64,000 nt of DNA from an uncultured bacterium (GTDB taxonomy: Bacteria > Zixibacteria > MSB-5A5 > JAABVY01 > JAHJOQ01), in NCBI GenBank assembly GCA_965369655.1, contig CBDUQR010000009.1, forward strand, positions 11,480 through 75,479. Direction: 5' to 3'. Shown here one piece after another: positions 28,054 to 37,401 of the stretch. The translations under genes and the position numbers were made by a program. The stretch's first letter is position 1. Each line of letters starts with the position of its first letter. A model generated the notes under the pieces. That model was not told where the DNA came from and did not search any database. It worked only from the letters and a program-made list of their open reading frames with translations.

Positions 28054-29181
28054 ATGCCGAACGATTACTACAAAATACTCGGAGTCGCCGAGAACGCTTC
28101 GGATGCAGAGTTGAAAAAGGTATACAGGACTCTCGCTAAGAAGTACCATCCCGACCGCAATCAGGGCGACAAGAGTGCCGAGGCGAAGTTCAAGGAGATA
28201 TCCGAAGCCTACGACGTTCTTTCCGACAAGCAGAAGCGCGCGCAGTACGATCAAATGCGCAAGTATGGCGCAGGCGGGTTCGGTGGATTCCGTCCCGGCG
28301 CGCAGACCGGCGGTTTCCAGGGATTCAACATGCCGGGCGGGATGAACTTCAGTTTCGAGGACCTCGGCGGATTCGGATCGATTGGCGACATTTTCTCATC
28401 GCTGTTTGGCGACAGGGTCAACTTTGGACAACGACAGACTCGCAGGAGACAGTCGGGGCCGCGCAAAGGTAACGATCTTTCGATAAAGCTCGATATCGAC
28501 TTCGCTGAGATGGCTGATGGAGTAACGAAGACAGTTCGTCTCAAGCGAGATACGAATTGTGAACGTTGCTCAGGATCAGGCGCGGAACCGGGTGTCGGCA
28601 AGACTGTCTGTCCGCAGTGCGGCGGTACGGGAATGATTTCGCAGGTGCAGGGCGCGTTCTCCGTGACACGGCCATGCCCAAGGTGTCTCGGAAGGGGCGA
28701 GATAGTCTCCCAGCCATGTACAGCATGCGGCGGGACAGGCAGACAGAAGGTATCGCAGAAGGTCAGGATCAAAATCCCGGCAGGAATCGAGGTCGGCTCA
28801 TCGCTGCGACTGCGCAATCTCGGGCAGCCCGGATCGCACGGCGGACCGAATGGTGATCTTATTGTGACAGTGCATGTCAAACCAGACCGTTTCTTTGAAC
28901 GCGCTGGGAATGACATCGTCTGCAACATACCGCTTACACTCAAGCAGGCTGTCGACGGCACGAAGATCAAGGTGAGGACTGTCAGCGGGCATGCTCAGCT
29001 TACAATTCCGCCGCTGACGAAAAACGGTATGAAATTCAAACTTCGGGGACTCGGGATCGGCAAAGATGGATCGAAAGGCAACCAGTATGTTGTCGTTGAA
29101 GTCAGGCTGCCTGACAATCCAACACCCGAAGAAAGAAAGTTGATCGACAGGCTGCAATCGACCGAGAACGTGCATTCGTAG
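28054..29181 (+). CDS. dnaJ: Chaperone DnaJ
   Basis: [16 protein letters not shown] region; four CxxCxGxG repeats. Confidence 0.98.
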   Translation: MPNDYYKILGVAENASDAELKKVYRTLAKKYHPDRNQGDKSAEAKFKEISEAYDVLSDKQKRAQYDQMRKYGAGGFGGFRPGAQTGGFQGFNMPGGMNFSFEDLGGFGSIGDIFSSLFGDRVNFGQRQTRRRQSGPRKGNDLSIKLDIDFAEMADGVTKTVRLKRDTNCERCSGSGAEPGVGKTVCPQCGGTGMISQVQGAFSVTRPCPRCLGRGEIVSQPCTACGGTGRQKVSQKVRIKIPAGIEVGSSLRLRNLGQPGSHGGPNGDLIVTVHVKPDRFFERAGNDIVCNIPLTLKQAVDGTKIKVRTVSGHAQLTIPPLTKNGMKFKLRGLGIGKDGSKGNQYVVVEVRLPDNPTPEERKLIDRLQSTENVHS

Positions 29182-29241
29182 GTCAAACCCACTTGGGGTT
29201 TGACGCTTCAACTTCTCACGCCCCAAGCGGGCGTGAGCTAC
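29178..29241. repeat. GTAG-type REP doublet (family C) overlapping the dnaJ stop codon
   Basis: GTAGGTCAAACCCACTTGGGGTTTGAC (+) and GTAGCTCACGCCCGCTTGGGGCGTGAG (-). Confidence 0.75.
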
Positions 29242-29369
29242 ACATCTATATAACTCCGTCGCCGCCAAGACCCGTCGAAACAACCTATAATCCGCTTTTT
29301 GGCTTGCGATGCCTATCGGGTTGAGCGATATTCTGAATAGAGCTATGATCCTGAAACGAAGGTGAGGCT

Positions 29370-30068
29370 ATGACAAATATCGAGACCCTGATCGACAGGC
29401 AAATAAGAAAATGGGAAGCCGAAAGAAAGGCAAGTGAAGAGCCTGACACACCTGCTCAGAAAGAAATCCTGCCAATCATCACTGTCTCCCGTCAGCGCGG
29501 TTCGAGCGGGAGTTATCTCGCGAGAAAACTGGCTGAGAAGCTTGGTTACGAGTACGTACATCGACAGGTGATCGATATTATCTGCCGTGACTCCGGGTTT
29601 AGGAGGCGCGTCATCGAGTCCCTCGACGGCAGGACGAAATCCCAGATCGAGCTGTGGATCGAGGGAATGCTGTACGAACAGTATGTTGATGCGTCGGACT
29701 ATTTCAAGTACCTGTACCATACGATAACGGCGCTGGCGCAGCATGGCGGCACTGTGCTTGTCGGGCGCGGAGGGAATTTTGTGCTGACGTTGCAGACCGG
29801 TTTCCATCTTCGCGTGATTGCGCATGAAAGGCGACGGGTCGAGCGGATTATAAAGTTTGCTAATGTGGACGAGAAGACCGCTATAGCTGCTGTCAAAGAT
29901 TCTGATAGCGAGCGTGAAGAGTTCATCAGGAGCAATTTCAACAAAGATATAAACGATCCGAACTACTACGATCTTGTCATCAACACCGGTTTTATCGATA
30001 TCGAAGATGCCCTGGTCGTAGCTGTCGAGGCGATCAATGCCAAGTTCAATTTGCTCAGGCAGGAATGA
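29370..30068 (+). CDS. Cytidylate kinase-like family protein
   Basis: IITVSRQRGSSG, VLVGRGG, YDLVINT motifs. Confidence 0.85.
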   Translation: MTNIETLIDRQIRKWEAERKASEEPDTPAQKEILPIITVSRQRGSSGSYLARKLAEKLGYEYVHRQVIDIICRDSGFRRRVIESLDGRTKSQIELWIEGMLYEQYVDASDYFKYLYHTITALAQHGGTVLVGRGGNFVLTLQTGFHLRVIAHERRRVERIIKFANVDEKTAIAAVKDSDSEREEFIRSNFNKDINDPNYYDLVINTGFIDIEDALVVAVEAINAKFNLLRQE

Positions 30069-31315
30069 CGCAGGGTCGGCTGTTCGACGAAGAGCTATCT
30101 TATATGAAACCGCTTGATTCCCCCGTATTCACCGTATCACAGCTTACGCGCCGGATAAAGAACCTGCTCGAACCTGAGTTCACCGACGTCTGGGTGTCGG
30201 GCGAAATCTCGAATTATACAAAACACTCATCCGGACATCACTATTTCACGCTGAAAGACGGTAAGGCAGAGCTCTCCTGCACGCTCTGGCGTAGTACCGC
30301 TTCGACAATCAGGCTGAAACTGCAGAGTGGCATGAAAGCTGTGCTCTATGGAGATGTGAACGTCTACGAGTTGCGAGGACGTTATCAGCTCAATGTCAAG
30401 TGGATTGTCGAGGAGGGAGTCGGGCAGCTCGAACTGAAGCTCAGGGAGCTCAGAGAAAGACTCGATAGTGAGGGGTTGTTCGATGAGAGTCATAAGAAGG
30501 CGCTTCCCAGATTCCCTGCGACTGTCGCACTTGTGACATCGCCAACAGGCGCGGCTGTCAGAGATATGATCAATATCATCAGGCGCAGATCGCCATCCTG
30601 CCGAATAATTCTCTGTCCGGTCGCCGTGCAGGGCCCCGGAGCGGAGCTTAAGATCGCAGAGGGGATTCGCATCGTCAACGAGCATGGACAAGCAGATGTG
30701 ATGATCGTCGGACGGGGAGGGGGATCGATCGAGGATCTCTGGTCGTTCAATGAAGAAGTTGTCGCGCGGGCGATATTTGATTCGGAGATACCTGTCATCT
30801 CCGCGGTGGGACATCAGATAGATTACACGATAGCCGATCTGGTCGCTGACCTTCGCGCGCCGACGCCATCGGCCGCTGCTGAGATCGCTCTGCCCGACCG
30901 CGGCGAGATGGAAGAGAAACTGACGGACCTGCGTACGAGGCTCGCCTCTGCCGCTGTGAGATTGATCGAGTCATCGAAGGCTCGGCTCAGCGCCGCAAGC
31001 GAAAGCTATATGCTGCGCAGGCCGGATGAGTTGCTCAGAACGCCCCGTCTGCGTCTTGATGAAATGCACTCGATAGTTGTCGAGTCGGTCAATCACATCG
31101 TGGAATCATGTCGATCAAGGTTGTCTATTCTGGATGAGAAATCGAAGGCTCTCTCTCCTCGTGCGGTGCTTGGCAGAGGATACGCCGTCTGCAGGCGACT
31201 GCCGGGAATGGATGTGGTTCGAGAATCAAGTGAGGTCAGCAAGGGTGAGAAGATCGAGGTCGAGCTGTCACGAGGAAGGATCACAGGTCAGGTCACCGCG
31301 ACCCACGACCCGTAG
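30065..31315 (+). CDS. xseA: Exodeoxyribonuclease VII large subunit
   Basis: VWVSGEISNY..SGHHYFTLKD; VTSPTGAAVRD; GRGGGSIEDLWSFN; RAPTPSAAAE. Confidence 0.97.
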   Translation: MTQGRLFDEELSYMKPLDSPVFTVSQLTRRIKNLLEPEFTDVWVSGEISNYTKHSSGHHYFTLKDGKAELSCTLWRSTASTIRLKLQSGMKAVLYGDVNVYELRGRYQLNVKWIVEEGVGQLELKLRELRERLDSEGLFDESHKKALPRFPATVALVTSPTGAAVRDMINIIRRRSPSCRIILCPVAVQGPGAELKIAEGIRIVNEHGQADVMIVGRGGGSIEDLWSFNEEVVARAIFDSEIPVISAVGHQIDYTIADLVADLRAPTPSAAAEIALPDRGEMEEKLTDLRTRLASAAVRLIESSKARLSAASESYMLRRPDELLRTPRLRLDEMHSIVVESVNHIVESCRSRLSILDEKSKALSPRAVLGRGYAVCRRLPGMDVVRESSEVSKGEKIEVELSRGRITGQVTATHDP

Positions 31316-31356
31316 ATTTCTGTTGATAATCAGCTTCGATCTCATTTCCTTCTGAC

Positions 31357-31617
31357 ATGAACATGACGAAAGGCAAAATGACAGATCAGGAGCCGTTTGA
31401 GGCTGTGCTTGCACGACTCGAACAGAATGTGCAAACACTCGAATCCGGGGAGGTCGCGCTCGAAAGAGCTCTCGAACTCTTCGAGGAGGGAATCCGTCTC
31501 TCTCGTGAATTAAACTCGCGCCTCGCCGCAGCGGAGGAAAAAATCAAGGAACTCACGAGAGACTCCTCCGGTGATTTGAAGCTTAATGATTTCGAGGAAG
31601 CTGAGAATGACGAGTGA
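31357..31617 (+). CDS. xseB: Exodeoxyribonuclease VII small subunit
   Basis: FEAVLARLE..LESGEVALERALELFEEG; xseA-xseB-ispA order. Confidence 0.93.
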   Translation: MNMTKGKMTDQEPFEAVLARLEQNVQTLESGEVALERALELFEEGIRLSRELNSRLAAAEEKIKELTRDSSGDLKLNDFEEAENDE

Positions 31618-32500
31618 GACGTCGCTCAAAACGATGGAGACCTGCAGGGTCGAACTCGAATCGCTGAAGAGCCTTGTCGACGATTACCTTCTGCGCGTGA
31701 TTCCGGACGACCCTGATATTCCTGAGTCCCTTCGCTCTGCCATGATGTACAGTCTCAACGCGGGCGGCAAACGTCTCCGTCCTGTTCTTGCACTGCTTGC
31801 CTACAAGTCGTTTGGGAAGAAACCAGCGGATATTATCGCACCGGTATGCGCGCTCGAATTGATTCACACGTATTCGTTGATACATGATGATCTTCCCTGC
31901 ATGGATGACGACGATTTCAGGCGTGGTAAGCCGACCCTGCATAAAAAGTACAGCGAGGCTATCGCAGTGCTGGCAGGTGATGCGCTCCACGCACTCGCAT
32001 TCGAGTTGCTTGCGACCGCGGACAATCATGTGGTCGTGCACGAGGTTGCGAAGGCGATCGGTATCACGGGCATGCTTGCCGGACAGGTGGCAGACGTCGA
32101 GGCTGAAGGCACCGATGTGAGCCGTGAGCGAATCGAGTATATCCATCGCAGGAAAACAGGCGCGCTCATTGCAGTCGCGGCGAGACTGGGCGCGATACTC
32201 GCTGGAGCCGATGACCGGCAACTGGAGATGTTCTCCGTCTATGGATCGAGAATCGGCCTCGCCTTCCAGATTATCGACGATGTTCTTGATATCACCGGCT
32301 CACAGGAGAAACTTGGTAAAGACATCGGTTCGGACGAGCGTAATGAGAAGGCGACATACCCACGCGCTGTGGGACTCGATGAATCGAGATCGATTGCTCG
32401 GTCCCTGATCGAAGAGGCAAAGTCAGGGATCGTCGGAATTGGCAGGAGCAGCGAGGTTCTTATCTACCTTGCTGACTATATTATAACCAGGGATCAGTGA
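31607..32500 (+). CDS. ispA: Farnesyl/geranylgeranyl diphosphate synthase
   Basis: GGKRLRP, SLIHDDLPCMDDDDFRRG, KTGAL, FQIIDDVLD. Confidence 0.93.
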   Translation: MTSETSLKTMETCRVELESLKSLVDDYLLRVIPDDPDIPESLRSAMMYSLNAGGKRLRPVLALLAYKSFGKKPADIIAPVCALELIHTYSLIHDDLPCMDDDDFRRGKPTLHKKYSEAIAVLAGDALHALAFELLATADNHVVVHEVAKAIGITGMLAGQVADVEAEGTDVSRERIEYIHRRKTGALIAVAARLGAILAGADDRQLEMFSVYGSRIGLAFQIIDDVLDITGSQEKLGKDIGSDERNEKATYPRAVGLDESRSIARSLIEEAKSGIVGIGRSSEVLIYLADYIITRDQ

Positions 32501-32531
32501 ATGCCTATGCTATCGGTATTTGTGGCTCCCC

Positions 32532-32586
32532 GTGCTCGTCGGGGCTATACTCCGACGTTTCGCAGGAGCATAGTTCCTGCGCGCAC
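32532..32586. repeat. REP doublet, family A (slightly degenerate)
   Basis: GTGCT-CGTCGGGGC-TAT-ACTCCGACG ... CGCAGGAGC-ATA-GTTCCTGCG-CGCAC. Confidence 0.8.
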
Positions 32587-32627
32587 AGAATTCTGATCCG
32601 ATTTGAGTTGGTGAAAGCTGTTGTGCC

Positions 32628-33515
32628 ATGAAGAATCTGGGAGTAGTAGCGAATCTTCAGAGGGCCGGAACCGAGGAGATCATCAGACGCATCATCGACT
32701 GGTGCGAGCAGAATGATGTCTCTCTCTTTCTGTGCAATGAGTTGACAGACCTGAACAGGCGTTCCGGATCGGTCGTGTCTGAAGCCGATCTGCCGTCCAA
32801 AAGCGATGTGATCATTTCAATCGGGGGAGACGGAACTCTTCTGGCTACGGCTCGTCTCATTGGAAAATCGTGTGTGCCGATTTTAGGAATCAACGCCGGT
32901 AGTCTGGGGTTTCTCACGGTCCAGAGGCCTGATGACCTCGAGGATGCTCTCGAGAGAATCCGTCGGTCTGAGTATGACATAGAGAATCGAATGATGCTTG
33001 AAGCTCGCGTGCTCGGCGATGACCAGCACGATAGTATATTTGCCTTAAACGATGTCGTGGTTGGTCGAAGCGACGTCAGGATGATCAAACTGGCGCTCTA
33101 TTCTGACGACATCTACACCTGCTCCTATGCCGCCGACGGACTGATAATCGCTACTCCGACAGGCTCGACGGCATATTCCCTCGCCGTTGGGGGGCCGATA
33201 TTGAATCCGAGGATGGACGCGATGATCGCGTCGCCGATTGCCCCGCATTCGCTGGCGTCGCGGCCTCTTATCTTCAGTTCAGACGAGAAACTAACTCTCG
33301 AAATCGCGTCCGACACCGATCTGGCGATGATGACGGTCGATGGCCAGGTCTCGATCAGCCTCAAGAGGGGCGACAGGATCGGCGTGAAAAAGGCCGATCG
33401 CCACGTCAGTCTCATTCGCTTTGAAGAGAATTCGTTCTACGGGATCCTTCAGTCCAAGCTTCACTGGGGCGTTCTTCCCGTCGGGGAATCTCCACAGGAC
33501 GAATCCCCTGATTGA
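32628..33515 (+). CDS. nadK: NAD kinase
   Basis: GGDGTLL, GINAGSLGFL, ALNDVV, DGLIIATPTGSTAYSL. Confidence 0.96.
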   Translation: MKNLGVVANLQRAGTEEIIRRIIDWCEQNDVSLFLCNELTDLNRRSGSVVSEADLPSKSDVIISIGGDGTLLATARLIGKSCVPILGINAGSLGFLTVQRPDDLEDALERIRRSEYDIENRMMLEARVLGDDQHDSIFALNDVVVGRSDVRMIKLALYSDDIYTCSYAADGLIIATPTGSTAYSLAVGGPILNPRMDAMIASPIAPHSLASRPLIFSSDEKLTLEIASDTDLAMMTVDGQVSISLKRGDRIGVKKADRHVSLIRFEENSFYGILQSKLHWGVLPVGESPQDESPD

Positions 33516-33656
33516 ACAAAGCCCCACTGAGTCCGTTTATGAAGTAGGGTTCGCAACAGTCGCTCGCTGCCGCACAATTTGTATTGACATATCCGAGCGC
33601 TGCGCTTACTTACTGGCAGTACCCCACCGCCTCCATAGTGTTGCACACGGGGGATT

Positions 33657-36600
33657 ATGATGAAAAAGAGCATTTCCACAGCAGTGGCCGCCATGATGTT
33701 GGTGGCTTTAGCTTTTCTCAATGCCACAGCCTTCGGGACGAGTCGTATCATAGTCAAGCTGGCGACCGGTGCGAACGCGGCAACGTCTGCCGGCTATGCG
33801 GCTACTGTCGACAGTCTTCAAAGTGCGGGGAAAGTCGGCCTTGAGAGTTCTCTCTTCGCAGAGAAAGCGCAGGCGGCAAGTCTGTCTTCGTCAGTTGGTG
33901 GGGAGTCATTTCCATTTGATAAGTACCGTATCCTCATGGTTGAAGACGATGTCCAACTGGATGATGTGCTCGCGGTTCTGAACGCAGATCGAGATATCGA
34001 GTATGCAGAGCCGGATTATCCGATCGAGCTTTTCGACATTCCTGACGACCCGCACCTCACGAACCAGTGGGGAGTGAGGAACATGGGACAGCCATATCTT
34101 GGAATCGACCGCATTGATGGTTTCTACAATGACGTTCTGATGCTGAAGCAGGGTGTAATTGGCGCCGACATTCACCTCTCGCCGACCTGGGGTGGCGAGT
34201 ATTTCCCCGGTTCACCGTTGCTTTGTATCATAGATACCGGCCTCGATACGGATCATCCCGACATTGCCGACAACCTCTGGGCGAATCCGGGGGAGATTCC
34301 TGACAACGGAATCGACGATGATCACAATGGCTACATCGATGACGTCCTCGGCTGGGATTTCTCTGGCGACACGAGTTATCTCGGCATAGACATGCCAGAA
34401 GACAACGATGTGGGTGATTCCGTTGGGCATGGTACGCATGTTGCAGGGATTATTGGCGCGACACCCGATAACGGAATCGGCATTGTCGGCGTTTGCGGCA
34501 ACGCGCGGGTGGTTGGGCTGAAGATATTTCCGAATGCCCTGATGAGTGTAGCTGCAAAGGCTATTTTCTACGCTACTGAAATTGGCGCTGATGTAATAAA
34601 CATGAGTTGGGGGAGTCCTTTTCGGTCGGAGCTGCTCCTCGAAGTGATAAGCTATGCTCGATCTCGCGGAGTGCTGCCAGTGGCTGCCTCCGGTAATTTC
34701 GGAGATGAAACTATGCTGTTTCCCGCATCCTATGATGGTGTGCTGACTGTCGGTGCGAGCAATTCTCTCGACGAAGTGACGTTTTTTTCGTCGTACGGCG
34801 ACTGGGTTGAACTCGTTGCGCCGGGGCGAGACATCCTGTCTCTGCGGGCATCCGGTACGGATATGTATGTCGACCTCGGAGAACCGTACATCAGGATAAT
34901 TGACAATTTCTACTACCTCGCCGACGGCACCAGCATGGCCGCGCCCCATGTCGCAGGCGCAGCCGGTGTTGTGCTCTCATACTCTCCCGGGCTCTCTCCC
35001 GATCAGTTGCAGGACATACTCATCGAGAGCGCGGATGATATCATTCATCCTTATGGCGACGCCGATTCGACATTCATCGGATGGGATCGTTATTCGGGAT
35101 ACGGCAGGCTGAATGTCGAAGCGGCAGTATTGTTGCTTGACGGCGCCAAAGCGAAAATACTCTCGCCTTATCAGAGTGAGATTATCACAGATGACATGGA
35201 TGTGTCCGGCACGGCATACTCTGAGTCTGCCGAGAGTTACTCACTCGAAATCAGCAAATCAGATGATCTCGTGGTCTGGGAGGAGATAGCATCGGGTCCA
35301 GCCAACATTTCATCGGGCTGGCTCGGCACTCTCCAGGTAAGCGGCAAGACCGGAGACTATACGCTGAGACTCACAGTCGGTGACGACATAACTGTGTTTG
35401 CGAGAGTGACTCTTGCGCCCGAACAGCGTTTTGAGATTAGTTCGCCACAGGACGGTGAGACTGTAGCATTGTTCCTGACAGTCCGCGGCTCTGTGATAGA
35501 TCCGGATTTTGACTCGTATGATGTCCTCATGAAGTCCGACGAATCGGGTACAGAGTGGGAAGAGGTATATTCATCCACGAGACTCGTGTCTGATTCGGTG
35601 CTGTGTGAACTGCAGCTTGGCCCGTTTCGTCCCGGGGATTACACTCTCAGAGTAGTTATGCACACAACCGGCGACGACTTCTACAACGATGTCAATCTCA
35701 CTATCCAAGACAGGCTGATCGGCAATTTCCCTCAGGCCGCACCTTTGGATGGCGCCGTGCATTTCGCTTCGACTGTCAGCGACATCGACGGTGACAACAA
35801 TCCTGAGATCATCGTTACATCGAGGAAGGGCGTCAGCGTGTTTAGATCGGATGGTACACCGTTCTGCTGCGGCTGGCCCAATCAGTTCGGCGTCAATTGT
35901 CTGGGTGCTCCAGCAGTGTACGACGTGAACCAGGACGGCATAGATGAAATCGCTTTTTGCAGTGAATTGGGATTCAATCTGTTTGATGCATACGGCGCGC
36001 GAGTCGATAGTTTTCCGAAGTTGAAACCTACCGGCTTGATGAACGGCTTCTATCCGACCACACTGCTCGCTGACATCGATCTCGATAGCAACTATGAGAT
36101 GGTGTGGATCGCTGAGGACGGCAATGTCTACGCTTATCGGTCCAACGGCGAGTCATACTTTGCAAGTCTTCACGGGTGGTTTGCTGATACTCACGCCGGG
36201 TATTATTTCGCTGCGTTGCTACCATTCCTGTTCTGTGTCGACTTTGGGAACGACGGTCAACTCGAGATCGTCGGCGGTTACAGTTCATTCAGACATGGTG
36301 GAATCTATGTGTGGCAGGCTGCCAATGGTCAACCCCTGCCTGGCAATAATAAATCCCTGATTACCAACGATCTCGGTAAGTTGCGAGGTGGATGTGTGGC
36401 CGATTTCAATCTTGACGGTGAGTATGAGATAGCCGTGGTAGGAAGAACCAGAGTCAACGATACTGTGTTCGCGGCTATTTTGGATGTGCACGGTGAGTTT
36501 CTTCCCGGCTGGCCGAGGATCATCAGCGATAGATTGAACTACGTCGTGAGTTATCCGGCTGCTGCGGACGTCGATGGCGACGGGTATCCTGATCTGCTGT

Positions 36601-37400
36601 TTACAATATCATCGCTGTGGGGAGACGGGGAGATATATGTCCTCAAATACGACGGTACGCCTTATCGCCCAAATCTGTCGGGGGAGGGCTCCTGGTTTGC
36701 ATATGCGGATGGTTCTCTCGGCAGTCCGGTCATCGGAGACGTCTCCGGCGACGGAGAAGTGGATATTGTCGTGAGAGCAGGATCGATACTGCCCGGAACG
36801 AAATACGAGAGGATGTTCGCATTCAACAGAGATGGTGAAGTCCTGAGCGGCTGGCCGATCTTCTCTTTCGCTTCGCCCGGCGAGGTGTCCGGCGGTGTGC
36901 AGCATACGCCCGTTTTGACCGACGTCGATCTCGACGGTCTTACGGATCTGGTCTGCACTTCGGACGATGGCCAGGTGTATGTCTGGAGGCTGGAGACGCC
37001 ATACAACCCGGACAATATCCCGTGGGGTCAATTTCTCCACGACAGCAGGAATTCGGGCATTCTGCCGAAGGATCGCATCGACACGCCTGCTGAATATCCG
37101 GGCGACGGCGGGATCATCCCTCGGTCGTTCAGTCTCGGACAGAATTACCCCAACCCGTTCAACTCAGGTACGAAGATCGAGTTTGAAATCGATAAAACAT
37201 CTAAGGTGACGATCGAGATATTCAACCTGCTGGGACAGAGGGTTCGGACTCTGTTGAATGACAGGATCGAGTACGGTAAACACGAAATCGGCTGGGATGG
37301 AAGAGACGAAGACAAGAACGACGTCGCGTCCGGGATATACTTCTATCGGATGAAATCGAGCGACTTCGTTCAAACTCGGAAGATGGTCAAGCTGAACTGA
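33657..37400 (+). CDS. Secreted S8 subtilase with Ig-like domains, FG-GAP repeats and C-terminal FlgD-Ig/T9SS-like domain
   Basis: IIDTG, GHGTHVAG, GTSMAAPHV catalytic triad; DxDGDG repeats; LGQNYPNPFN. Confidence 0.92.
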   Translation: MMKKSISTAVAAMMLVALAFLNATAFGTSRIIVKLATGANAATSAGYAATVDSLQSAGKVGLESSLFAEKAQAASLSSSVGGESFPFDKYRILMVEDDVQLDDVLAVLNADRDIEYAEPDYPIELFDIPDDPHLTNQWGVRNMGQPYLGIDRIDGFYNDVLMLKQGVIGADIHLSPTWGGEYFPGSPLLCIIDTGLDTDHPDIADNLWANPGEIPDNGIDDDHNGYIDDVLGWDFSGDTSYLGIDMPEDNDVGDSVGHGTHVAGIIGATPDNGIGIVGVCGNARVVGLKIFPNALMSVAAKAIFYATEIGADVINMSWGSPFRSELLLEVISYARSRGVLPVAASGNFGDETMLFPASYDGVLTVGASNSLDEVTFFSSYGDWVELVAPGRDILSLRASGTDMYVDLGEPYIRIIDNFYYLADGTSMAAPHVAGAAGVVLSYSPGLSPDQLQDILIESADDIIHPYGDADSTFIGWDRYSGYGRLNVEAAVLLLDGAKAKILSPYQSEIITDDMDVSGTAYSESAESYSLEISKSDDLVVWEEIASGPANISSGWLGTLQVSGKTGDYTLRLTVGDDITVFARVTLAPEQRFEISSPQDGETVALFLTVRGSVIDPDFDSYDVLMKSDESGTEWEEVYSSTRLVSDSVLCELQLGPFRPGDYTLRVVMHTTGDDFYNDVNLTIQDRLIGNFPQAAPLDGAVHFASTVSDIDGDNNPEIIVTSRKGVSVFRSDGTPFCCGWPNQFGVNCLGAPAVYDVNQDGIDEIAFCSELGFNLFDAYGARVDSFPKLKPTGLMNGFYPTTLLADIDLDSNYEMVWIAEDGNVYAYRSNGESYFASLHGWFADTHAGYYFAALLPFLFCVDFGNDGQLEIVGGYSSFRHGGIYVWQAANGQPLPGNNKSLITNDLGKLRGGCVADFNLDGEYEIAVVGRTRVNDTVFAAILDVHGEFLPGWPRIISDRLNYVVSYPAAADVDGDGYPDLLFTISSLWGDGEIYVLKYDGTPYRPNLSGEGSWFAYADGSLGSPVIGDVSGDGEVDIVVRAGSILPGTKYERMFAFNRDGEVLSGWPIFSFASPGEVSGGVQHTPVLTDVDLDGLTDLVCTSDDGQVYVWRLETPYNPDNIPWGQFLHDSRNSGILPKDRIDTPAEYPGDGGIIPRSFSLGQNYPNPFNSGTKIEFEIDKTSKVTIEIFNLLGQRVRTLLNDRIEYGKHEIGWDGRDEDKNDVASGIYFYRMKSSDFVQTRKMVKLN

Positions 37401-37401
37401 C

